Positions 17,223-25,366 of a stretch of 32,536 bases of DNA are shown here, one piece after another. Every line of letters begins with the position of its first letter. Within the stretch, counting starts at the first letter, position 1. Location: positions 1 through 32,536 of the forward strand of contig JASFYR010000024.1 of assembly GCA_045047115.1 (NCBI GenBank). Reading direction: 5' to 3'. The translations under genes and the position numbers were made by a program. The DNA is from Sulfurospirillum sp. GTDB lineage: Bacteria; Campylobacterota; Campylobacteria; Campylobacterales; Sulfurospirillaceae. The notes under the pieces are model-generated. The model was not told where the DNA came from and did not search any database. It was given only the letters and a program-made list of their open reading frames with translations.

Positions 17223-17436
17223 TCTTATCCAAAGAGTTGTTCTTTGATAAGATGACAATTAAATAAAAAAGTTTCTGACCGTAAGGTCAAGCTTTAGTAG
17301 CGTGTGAATTAACTAGGAATTTACTTCCTAGTTAAGATGACAATTAAATAAAAAAGTTTCTGACCGTAAGGTCAAGCTTTAGTGCAATGAATTTATTAGG
17401 AATTTACTTCCTAATAAAGAAAACAATTAAATAAAA
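17223..17436 (+). repeat. Tandem structured repeats, copies 2 and 3 plus a partial unit (soxY-soxZ spacer)
   Basis: 85-nt period; perfect 51-bp direct repeat 17248-17298/17333-17383; hairpins at 17223-17252, 17276-17289, 17309-17335, 17361-17374, 17392-17418. Confidence 0.9.
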
Positions 17437-17448
17437 GAGGAAATTAAA

Positions 17449-17745
17449 ATGGGAATAAAGGCGATAGCAAAAGTTAAACATGATATAGCAACAGTAAAAT
17501 TACTTGTAAAACATCCGATGGCATCAGGTAAAATTGGCGGTGGCAAAGGTGATCCAAAATACATAAATCATCTTACAGTAAAACATGGTAGCAGATTGGT
17601 ATATGATATGTACCCTACATCAGCAATATCAAAAAACCCCTATATAAAATTTGCATTTAAAGGTGCAAAAAAAGGTGATACAGTTACTGTAGAGTGGAAA
17701 GACAATACGGGAGCAACGGAAAAAAGAGATATCAAGCTAAAGTAA
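17449..17745 (+). CDS. soxZ: SoxZ
   Basis: KHPMASG, ISKNPYIKF, WKDNTG. Confidence 0.96.
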   Translation: MGIKAIAKVKHDIATVKLLVKHPMASGKIGGGKGDPKYINHLTVKHGSRLVYDMYPTSAISKNPYIKFAFKGAKKGDTVTVEWKDNTGATEKRDIKLK

Positions 17746-17781
17746 AAAACTTTAATTTTTACAAATAAAAAGGAGAACAAT

Positions 17782-18690
17782 ATGTTAAAAAAATTGATAA
17801 AAATTGCCATTATATCTATGATAAGTGGCTCAATTTTGTTTGCGGCAAACTTTAATGCTCAAGCAGAAAAAGACAGACATGCATTTGTAAACTACTTCTT
17901 AAAGAAATTTGCAAACCCTCTTAAAAACAGGGCAGAGTATTTCCCAAATGTCTCAGCTGCAGAAATTAAAAAGGACTACATATATCCTCTGAAGTTTCAA
18001 GATTTTCAAGATGGCACCATGAGTTGGTATAGGCCAAGTAAAGAACAATTTGCAGAGATTAATGATTTCCCTCCGTACGAGATTCCGCTAGATGATGGAG
18101 AGGCATTGTTTAAAAAACCTTTTGCAAATGGAAAAACATACTCTAGCTGTTTCCCAAATCCTGCTATCAGACAAAATTATCCATACTATGATATACATAG
18201 AGATGAGATAGTTACAATTGGTATGGCGGTAAATGAGTGTAGAGTGATAAATGGAGAAAAGCCACTCAAATATGGAAAAGGAGATCTTGCAAAAGTTGTT
18301 GCATATATTGCTTTCAAATCAAGAGGCAAAAAAATAGATATAAAGATACCAAATGCAAATGCCGCAAAAGCCTATGAAGAAGGCAAGAGAATGTTCTACA
18401 AACAAAGAGGTTATCTGGCTTTAAGCTGTAATGAGTGTCATGTAAAGAGTGCCGGTAAAAGACTAAGAGCCGAAGCTTTGAGTCCAGCTCTTGGTCAAAC
18501 TACACAAATGCCTGTATATAGACTTAAGTGGGGTGGACTAGGAACACTTCAAAGAAGACTTGTGGGCTGTATAAAGCAAACAGGCAGTGAAAAACCTAAA
18601 ATACAAAGCAAGCCGCTCAAAGAGTTATCATACTTCTTGACATATATGTCAAACGGTATGAAGCTTAATGGCCCAGATACAAGAAAGTAA
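17782..18690 (+). CDS. soxA: Monoheme SoxA
   Basis: FPPYE, degenerate first heme site NGKTYSSCF, CNECH, PVYRLKWG..GTLQRR..GC, MSNG. Confidence 0.95.
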   Translation: MLKKLIKIAIISMISGSILFAANFNAQAEKDRHAFVNYFLKKFANPLKNRAEYFPNVSAAEIKKDYIYPLKFQDFQDGTMSWYRPSKEQFAEINDFPPYEIPLDDGEALFKKPFANGKTYSSCFPNPAIRQNYPYYDIHRDEIVTIGMAVNECRVINGEKPLKYGKGDLAKVVAYIAFKSRGKKIDIKIPNANAAKAYEEGKRMFYKQRGYLALSCNECHVKSAGKRLRAEALSPALGQTTQMPVYRLKWGGLGTLQRRLVGCIKQTGSEKPKIQSKPLKELSYFLTYMSNGMKLNGPDTRK

Positions 18691-18700
18691 AGGAAAAAAT

Positions 18701-19009
18701 ATGAAAAAATTACTTTTAATAAGCACGATAACGGTAGCATTTCTAGCTGGCTGCGCGATGAACACCCCGTCTGCATCAAATGAAGCAGATAGTGCCATAG
18801 CAAACGCACAGATGAAATATAATGAAGCCCACAAGCAGGAAGTTGCTTGGAAAAATACAAAAAAAGAGTTGGAAAATACAAAAAAATTGGCAAAAAGTGA
18901 TCCAAAAAAAGCTATAGTTTTGGCAAATGAAGTAGCATATGAAGCACAGACTGCTATGGATGAATCAGCAGAGTTTGAAAAAACCTGGCGTGCAGAAGTT
19001 CCGAAGTAA
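18701..19009 (+). CDS. soxK: SoxAX-binding lipoprotein (SoxK/SAXB-like)
   Basis: Lipobox LAGC, helical AWKNTKK...KAIVLA pattern, position between soxA and soxB; ATG 18701 follows AAGGA. Confidence 0.7.
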   Translation: MKKLLLISTITVAFLAGCAMNTPSASNEADSAIANAQMKYNEAHKQEVAWKNTKKELENTKKLAKSDPKKAIVLANEVAYEAQTAMDESAEFEKTWRAEVPK

Positions 19010-19021
19010 AAAAGGTAAATA

Positions 19022-20800
19022 ATGAGTTCATTAAATAGAAGAGAATTTTTATATATGATGTCCGTTTTAGGGGCATCATCTATGTTTGCAAAATCACATC
19101 AAAAACTTTTTGATGTAAAAAATTTGAATGATTACTATAAGATTCAAAATTTTGGTAATGCCAGATTTTTGCACATGACAGACTGTCATGCGCAGTTGAT
19201 GCCGGTACATTTTAGAGAGCCAAGTGTAAATCTTGGATTTGATTCAAATTATGGAAAACCCCCGCATATTGTAGGGAGCCACTTTTTGAAGTATTATGGC
19301 ATATCTGAAAATTCAAGAGCCGGTTTTGCTATGACTTGTATGAATTATGTCCAAAATGCACATAGGTTTCATAGAGTTGGCGGTTTTGCACATATAAAAA
19401 CTTTAACCGACCACTTAAGAGGAAATTTTGGAAAAGATAAAACTCTGTTTTTAGATGGTGGCGATACTTGGCAAGGTAGTGCAACTTCGCTCTATACCAG
19501 AGGTAAAGATATGGTTGAGGCTATAAATATACTAGGGGTTGATGTCTGTACAGGGCACTGGGAATTCACATACAAAGAAAAAGAGATTCTAGCGAATATC
19601 AAAGCACTAAAGTCCGATTTTATCGCTCAAAATGTATTTGTAAAAGATGAAGCACTTATGAATGGTGCCGAAGCTTACAATGAAGACACAGGAAGGGCAT
19701 TTAGACCATATGTTATGAAGAAGATGGGTGATCACATGGTAGCTGTTATAGGACAGGCCTTTCCTTATACAACTATCGCAAACCCTCAGAGATTTATACC
19801 TGATTGGTCATTTGGCATCAAGCCTGATGAGATGCAAGAGCTTATAGACGAAATAAAGATAAAAGAGAAACCGGATGCAGTGATGGTTATATCTCACAAT
19901 GGATTTGATGTTGATAAAAAGATGGCACAAGTTGTCAGTGGTATCGACTTTATACTTGGAGGTCATACTCATGACGCTGTTCCTGAAGCAGTTCCTGTTA
20001 AAAACTCAAAAGGTGTAACACATGTCATAAACTCCGGTTCAAACGGTAAGTTTATAGGTGTGCTTGACATCGACATAAAAGACAAAAAAGTAAGAGACTT
20101 TAGATTTACTCTTATGCCTGTTTTCTCTGATCTTTTACCAGAAGATGCTGAGATGAAAAAGTATATCGAAAAAGTAAGAGCTCCTTTTATTGATAAACTC
20201 ACCAAACCGTTGGCAACAACTGACAATCTCCTTTACAGAAGAGGAAACTTCAACGGGACATTTGATCAGATCATTTGTGATGCTCTTCGTGAAGTAAAAG
20301 GGGCTGAGATATCTATGAGCCCTGGCTTTAGATGGGGAACTTCTGTTTTACCGGGGGAGGCTATTACATTTGATGATTTGATGAACCATACATCTATGAC
20401 CTATCCTGAGACTTATGTAAGAGATGTCAAAGGTGGAGATTTGCACGGTATCTTGGAAGATGTTGCAGATAACCTTTTTAATAAAGATCCATTTTTGCAA
20501 CAGGGTGGAGATATGGTGCGAACAGGCGGTCTTTCATATAAGATAGATCCTAGAAAAGATATAGGTAAAAGAATCACAAATCTTGAACTAAGCTCAGGAG
20601 AGAAGATAGATGCAAACCGAATCTATAAGCTCGCAGGCTGGTCAACAGTCGGAAGTGCCTCTACGGGTGAGCCTGTTTGGGATACTGTTGAGAAGTATCT
20701 AGGAGATCACAAACATATTAAAAATTTAAAACTTGAGACTCCGGATATCATAGGTGTTAAAAATAACCCCGGTATCGAACTCTCACTTTACAAAAATTAA
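19022..20800 (+). CDS. soxB: Thiosulfohydrolase SoxB
   Basis: Tat RREFL, HMTDCHAQL, REPSVN, DGGDTWQGS, GHWEF, SHNG, GGHTHD, PGFRWG, QQGGDMVR. Confidence 0.97.
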   Translation: MSSLNRREFLYMMSVLGASSMFAKSHQKLFDVKNLNDYYKIQNFGNARFLHMTDCHAQLMPVHFREPSVNLGFDSNYGKPPHIVGSHFLKYYGISENSRAGFAMTCMNYVQNAHRFHRVGGFAHIKTLTDHLRGNFGKDKTLFLDGGDTWQGSATSLYTRGKDMVEAINILGVDVCTGHWEFTYKEKEILANIKALKSDFIAQNVFVKDEALMNGAEAYNEDTGRAFRPYVMKKMGDHMVAVIGQAFPYTTIANPQRFIPDWSFGIKPDEMQELIDEIKIKEKPDAVMVISHNGFDVDKKMAQVVSGIDFILGGHTHDAVPEAVPVKNSKGVTHVINSGSNGKFIGVLDIDIKDKKVRDFRFTLMPVFSDLLPEDAEMKKYIEKVRAPFIDKLTKPLATTDNLLYRRGNFNGTFDQIICDALREVKGAEISMSPGFRWGTSVLPGEAITFDDLMNHTSMTYPETYVRDVKGGDLHGILEDVADNLFNKDPFLQQGGDMVRTGGLSYKIDPRKDIGKRITNLELSSGEKIDANRIYKLAGWSTVGSASTGEPVWDTVEKYLGDHKHIKNLKLETPDIIGVKNNPGIELSLYKN

Positions 20801-20805
20801 ACAAT

Positions 20806-20833
20806 TTTCAGCAAGGCGATTGCCTTGCTGAAA
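20806..20833. other. Strong 12-bp hairpin after soxB
   Basis: TTTCAGCAAGGC-GATT-GCCTTGCTGAAA; no U-tract on the + strand, so more likely a stabilising or partial-termination hairpin. Confidence 0.6.
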
Positions 20834-20848
20834 GAATTCGGAGCTATA

Positions 20849-21760
20849 ATGAAAAAAACCATACTTCTTCTAACTTTACCAATTTTTTTATTTGCAAATT
20901 TTTTTGAGTTTAAACCACTTGAAATAACAAAAGATATATCTTGTTTTATAGGCGACTATAACCCTGTTTTAAAATCAAACAGAGGTTTTGTGTCAAATGT
21001 ATGCTACATAGATATGGGAAATTTTTTGGTTTTACTTGATACAAGTGCTACTTATAATTTTGCAAAAGAGTTAAATGCTTTTATAGAAAAATCTACAAAT
21101 AAGAAAATCAAATTTGTTATAGTTACAAATTATCATGATGATAGACTTTTGGGAGCTTCATACTTTAAGGAAAAAGGTGTAAAGATAGCAGGTGCATCAA
21201 GTTTGCCAAAGCTCATCAAATCTCACCCCGATACATACAGGAGAACAATGACTGCACTGCCAAAAGATTTGACCAAAAATACAAAAGCTGTCACTCCTGA
21301 TTTATTGATAGATAAAGAGCTTGAGATAAAAGGAAGCAATAAGAGAATCTATGTCATAAAGCCTTCAAAAGGCACACAGAGTGCTGCAGATTTGATAGTC
21401 TATAGTCCAAAAGACAGTTTTATCTTTACAGGAAATACGATATTTAACGGAAGATTCGTAAACTACGCGAGTGACAGCAATATGAACGAATGGATAAAAG
21501 CCCTAAAACTCATAAAGAATAAAAACGCAAAGTATGTGATGGGCGGGCATGGAAAGAGATTTGATGCAAACTCATACAAGCCAACTTTAGAGTATCTTCT
21601 TATGTTGAGAAAACAAGTCAAAAAGGCTTATGAAGAAGATATTGATCCAGCAGATTTGGAAAAATATGTGCATACGGACAAATTTAAAGATATACCCCAT
21701 TACAAAGAGTTATATCTAAGAAATGCCAGACACTATTTTGACCAACTAGAGTGGCAATAA
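20849..21760 (+). CDS. Exported MBL-fold protein, SoxH-like
   Basis: Signal peptide, NRGFVSN, VTNYHDDRLLG (variant of HxHxDH), GGHG; ATG 20849 after GGAG. Confidence 0.8.
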   Translation: MKKTILLLTLPIFLFANFFEFKPLEITKDISCFIGDYNPVLKSNRGFVSNVCYIDMGNFLVLLDTSATYNFAKELNAFIEKSTNKKIKFVIVTNYHDDRLLGASYFKEKGVKIAGASSLPKLIKSHPDTYRRTMTALPKDLTKNTKAVTPDLLIDKELEIKGSNKRIYVIKPSKGTQSAADLIVYSPKDSFIFTGNTIFNGRFVNYASDSNMNEWIKALKLIKNKNAKYVMGGHGKRFDANSYKPTLEYLLMLRKQVKKAYEEDIDPADLEKYVHTDKFKDIPHYKELYLRNARHYFDQLEWQ

Positions 21761-21769
21761 GGATATGTG

Positions 21770-22210
21770 ATGAAAAAACTGATACTGATTTTATTGATAG
21801 GAATTTTTGCTTTTGCAAAAGTCGATTTTGCTACACCAAAGCCTAGTTTTGAAAATCCAAGACAGTGGCTTATAAGAATAAACAGCAGTGAAACAAAAAA
21901 GTTAAATCATATACTAAATGCCGTAAACAATGTCCTGAAGGGTTACCCACAGGAGGCTCTTCATGTTGAGCTTATTTTTTATGCAAATGGTATAAGAGCT
22001 GCTAGGAAGGATTATAATAAAAAAATCTTAAAAAGGATAAAATCCCTGATGCTTTATGACAATATAGATTTTGTAGTTTGTAAAAATACGATGGATACGA
22101 TGGGTTGGAAAAAGAAAGATTTTATAAGCGGAGTGACATATGTTCAGATAGGTATAGCCGAAGCTATCGAGAGAATAGCTGATGGGTGGATAGATGTTTC
22201 ACCATACTAA
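21770..22210 (+). CDS. Exported DsrE-like protein
   Basis: Signal peptide, FYANGI, FVVCKNTM, GIAEAI...GW. Confidence 0.8.
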   Translation: MKKLILILLIGIFAFAKVDFATPKPSFENPRQWLIRINSSETKKLNHILNAVNNVLKGYPQEALHVELIFYANGIRAARKDYNKKILKRIKSLMLYDNIDFVVCKNTMDTMGWKKKDFISGVTYVQIGIAEAIERIADGWIDVSPY

Positions 22211-23015
22211 AAAGAGATTTGTCATAATCTTGTTTCTATTTTTGTCCATAAGCCTGTTTGCTGACTATAAAACAGGTAAAAAGATTTTTGAGCAAAAATG
22301 TGCATCTTGTCATACAGGTTACATTGCAGGAAAAGTGCTTGAAGATAATTTTTACAAAAAAGACAACAAAGTTTTAAAGCTGAAAGCACCAACTGTAAAT
22401 ATGCTTGCATACTTTATGAAAGAGGCACCGATACACATAGGTGACAAATCTGATCCTGAGATGCAAAGAGTTGAGATTGGTGATTTTATCCAAGATTATG
22501 TCTATAATCCAAATAAAAACAACAGTGTCATACCGCATAGATTTCTAAAATATTTTGGTAAAAAAGAGAGCATGAAGGGTATAGTAACTCAAGAAGAGCT
22601 ATCAAATATAGCAGATTATCTCTTTGATTATAAAAAGATGAGACTCAAAAACCATCCCCGTGCTAAGAAAATTCTAAAAAACCTAAGTACAAAAGAGCTC
22701 ATACAAAAAGCCAAAAAAGAGCAAAAAATCATACTCATAGAAGCGATGTCAAAGACATGCTACTACTGCAAAAAGATGGAAAAAGAGGTATTATCACTCC
22801 CTGATATACAGCAAGTTATAAACAAGGACTTTGTCTTTATAAAAATAGATGTGGACAAAACTAAACTGCCTCTTGGTCTGGACAAAAAGTACAAAAAATT
22901 CACACCAACATTTTTTATCCTGACCCCCGATGGAAAATTTATGAATGACTACCCCGGAGCTTGGAGCAAGAGTGATTTTTTACTGATTTTGGATGAAAAT
23001 ATTAAAAAATATTAA
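22194..23015 (+). CDS. Cytochrome c domain fused to SoxW-like thioredoxin
   Basis: Signal peptide, CASCH, then CYYCKKM...FTPTFF...PG thioredoxin fold. Confidence 0.82.
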   Translation: MFHHTKKRFVIILFLFLSISLFADYKTGKKIFEQKCASCHTGYIAGKVLEDNFYKKDNKVLKLKAPTVNMLAYFMKEAPIHIGDKSDPEMQRVEIGDFIQDYVYNPNKNNSVIPHRFLKYFGKKESMKGIVTQEELSNIADYLFDYKKMRLKNHPRAKKILKNLSTKELIQKAKKEQKIILIEAMSKTCYYCKKMEKEVLSLPDIQQVINKDFVFIKIDVDKTKLPLGLDKKYKKFTPTFFILTPDGKFMNDYPGAWSKSDFLLILDENIKKY

Positions 23016-23035
23016 GCAAGATTTTTATCATTTTT

Positions 23036-23044
23036 TGTTATCAT
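23036..23044 (+). promoter_or_regulatory. Putative extended -10 promoter
   Basis: TGTTATCAT about 120 nt upstream of the transglutaminase-like gene. Confidence 0.45.
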
Positions 23045-23165
23045 TCACAAATAGATTGCATATTGCCCAAGGTTTGGGCTGACATAATGTTGCATGATTT
23101 CTACATGTAAGACTACTTCTCGTCATATTTTGCAATAAAATCGAAACATTTACAAGGATACAGCT

Positions 23166-24263
23166 ATGAAAAGAAGAGAATTTTTAGTGGGTTCTGCTTT
23201 GACAATCGGTGCTATAACTATAGTGCCTAGTGAACTGTTTGCAGGAGAGATTAGTAGAAAATTTAAAGTGATTTATGACTTTGATTTAAAGTATGATGAA
23301 AAGAGTTTTCCGGCAAAACTTTGGAATCCGCTTCCATTTAACAGTGACTACCAAAAGGTAAGATTTTTAAAGTTTAGTGGAAACTATGATGATTACAATA
23401 TCAACTCAAACAACCCTTATGATGCAAGGGTTTTGTATGCTAGCTGGAACAAGAGCGACAAGAAAAAGACTCTACATGTAGAGATGGAGATAGAAACAAC
23501 TCCAAGAGAAGTGAGCTTAAAACTCATCAAAAAAGCCAGCAAGCAGAAGCTTCCATTGCCAGAGAATGTCAAGTTTTATCTTGAGCCGACCGAGCATATT
23601 CCGACTGATGGAAAGATAAAGGAGATAGCAGACAAGCTGACCAAAAATATAAACGATACATTTGAAAAAGTCCAAGCCATCTATGACTGGGTGACTCAGA
23701 CTACATTTAGAGATCCAAAGGTGATAGGTTGTGGTGTCGGAAATGCAGGAAAGATGGTTGAGAGTGGGTATTTTGGCGGAAAGTGTACTGATATCAGCTC
23801 TCTTTTTGTAGCACTATTAAGGGCTGCTGGTATACCTAGCCGTGAGGTTTTTGGTATAAGACTTGGAAAGTCATATTACTCAAGAGCTTTGGGAAAATCA
23901 GATAAAAATGGTTTTGCAAATATATCCACATGGCAACACTGTCGAGCTGAATACTATATAGCAGGAATTGGTTGGATACCAAGTGACCCTGCAGATATCA
24001 CCAAGCTTGAGCTTGTAGAAAAGTTAAAGTATGATGACAAAAAAGTACAAGAGTTGCGGGCTAGATATATACACTCATGGGAGATGAATTGGGTGGGATT
24101 TAACCATGCGAGAGATTTTGTGTTGTATCCGAAACCAGAGCAGTTTCCTCTAAATATGCTGGGTTATCCTTATGGCGAAGTTGATGGAGATGTACTGAAT
24201 TACTACTCTCCAAGAGCTTTTTCATACAAAATCACTTCACAAGAAGTTAAATTACTCCACTGA
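23166..24263 (+). CDS. Tat-exported transglutaminase-like protein
   Basis: KRREFL; Cys-His-Asp triad in GGKCTDISS, QHCRAE, WIPSDPAD. Confidence 0.9.
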   Translation: MKRREFLVGSALTIGAITIVPSELFAGEISRKFKVIYDFDLKYDEKSFPAKLWNPLPFNSDYQKVRFLKFSGNYDDYNINSNNPYDARVLYASWNKSDKKKTLHVEMEIETTPREVSLKLIKKASKQKLPLPENVKFYLEPTEHIPTDGKIKEIADKLTKNINDTFEKVQAIYDWVTQTTFRDPKVIGCGVGNAGKMVESGYFGGKCTDISSLFVALLRAAGIPSREVFGIRLGKSYYSRALGKSDKNGFANISTWQHCRAEYYIAGIGWIPSDPADITKLELVEKLKYDDKKVQELRARYIHSWEMNWVGFNHARDFVLYPKPEQFPLNMLGYPYGEVDGDVLNYYSPRAFSYKITSQEVKLLH

Positions 24264-24518
24264 CTAAGTACACCAATTTTTGATGTTTTAGTTTTGTTCA
24301 TAGACAAGACAGATTTTTGCAGGCTTAGCCAAAGCTAAGTCAATAAAATCTAACGAAGTATATGGACAAAACTAAAGCACCCGAAGGGAAAACAGATATA
24401 GGGCAATCTTTAAAGAGAAAAATTCTTGAATTAGCAAATGCTAGTCCTTTAAATTTTTCTATTCAAATCTCACCCTATCTCTATTTTTCAAAAGTTGGTG
24501 TATTTAATCAGTGGAGTA
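24253..24518. mobile_element. 266-bp palindromic MITE-like insert
   Basis: Terminal inverted repeats (24251-24283/24488-24520, 30/33 match), flanking AT dinucleotides, two long internal stems and central CCCGAAGGG; no transposase. Confidence 0.72.
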
Positions 24519-24522
24519 ATAA

Positions 24523-25098
24523 GTGAAGCTAGACTGTAAAGACCTAGACTGCCCCCAGCCTGTCATAAGGACAAAAGAGGCTTATGAGGCTTTAGGGGAT
24601 GATGATGTTTTGGATGTGGATCTAAACTCCTACTCATCGATAGAAAATGTCAAAAGATATGCTAAAAAACAGAGCATCTACTTTGAAGTTCAACCAAAGA
24701 TTGATGGTATCACAACCATCACTTTGGTCAAAGGTTATGAGTGCGGACTTGAACCAAAAAAGAGTGATAGATCTTTTGTAGCCATCATCGCTGGCTCGCT
24801 TGTCTCTGCTCTTCTTGCAAGCACTTGTTGTTTAGCTCCTTTTTTGTTTTTTGTTTTTGGAGTAAGCATGAGTTCGCTCTCTTTTTTGCAGGTTTTTGCA
24901 CCTTATAGTAGATATTTTTCACTCATCTCTGTTCTGCTTGTCGCCTATCTTTGGTATGATTATTTGAGACATAGAAAAGATAAACTAATGTGCGATACCT
25001 GGCTGTCTAAAAACTATAAAATACTTTTGATAATAGGCACAGTTTTTGTTGCTATTTTAATCACATATCCCTACTGGGTGAATTATATATTGGAGTAA
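24523..25098 (+). CDS. TusA/SirA-like domain fused to MerT-like membrane transporter
   Basis: N-terminal LDCKDLDCPQPV; C-terminal three TM helices with LASTCC; GTG start after GGAG. Confidence 0.82.
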   Translation: MKLDCKDLDCPQPVIRTKEAYEALGDDDVLDVDLNSYSSIENVKRYAKKQSIYFEVQPKIDGITTITLVKGYECGLEPKKSDRSFVAIIAGSLVSALLASTCCLAPFLFFVFGVSMSSLSFLQVFAPYSRYFSLISVLLVAYLWYDYLRHRKDKLMCDTWLSKNYKILLIIGTVFVAILITYPYWVNYILE

Positions 25099-25099
25099 T

Positions 25100-25366
25100 A
25101 TGAAACATATTTTTTTAATTTTAGCTATTTTTTCACTCTCTTTTGCAAAAGTAGCGACTATACATGTAGAGGGTATGACTTGCCCACTTTGTACTATGGC
25201 TATAAAAAAGAGTCTAAGGAAGATAGATGGTGTAACAAAGGCAAAAGTGAGATTAAATACCAAAAAAGCAACCGTAACTTTTGAAAAAGGTGTGAGTAAA
25301 AAACAACTTCTAAAAGCTATAGAAGATGTAGGATATAGAGGCAAAATCATCTCAATAAAAGATTAG
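25100..25366 (+). CDS. Periplasmic heavy-metal-associated protein, MerP/CopZ-like
   Basis: Signal peptide, GMTCPLC, AIEDVGY. Confidence 0.9.
   Translation: MKHIFLILAIFSLSFAKVATIHVEGMTCPLCTMAIKKSLRKIDGVTKAKVRLNTKKATVTFEKGVSKKQLLKAIEDVGYRGKIISIKD

Noticed and set aside
17190..17252. Selenocysteine readthrough of soxY TGA with a downstream hairpin
   Set aside because: GGCGG is the normal free C-terminus of SoxY, and the hairpin is too far from the TGA for a bacterial SECIS.
17248..17383. Mini CRISPR array (51-bp repeats, 34-nt spacer)
   Set aside because: Only two repeats, the 'spacer' is homologous to the next unit and is itself a hairpin, and there are no cas genes.
23083..23116. Purine riboswitch (ATAAT, TTTCTAC, GACTAC words)
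   Set aside because: Spacing cannot form the P2/P3 stems and kissing loops; no purine-related gene downstream.
24523..25366. Mercury resistance operon
   Set aside because: No merA or merR in the window; only transporter-like folds.
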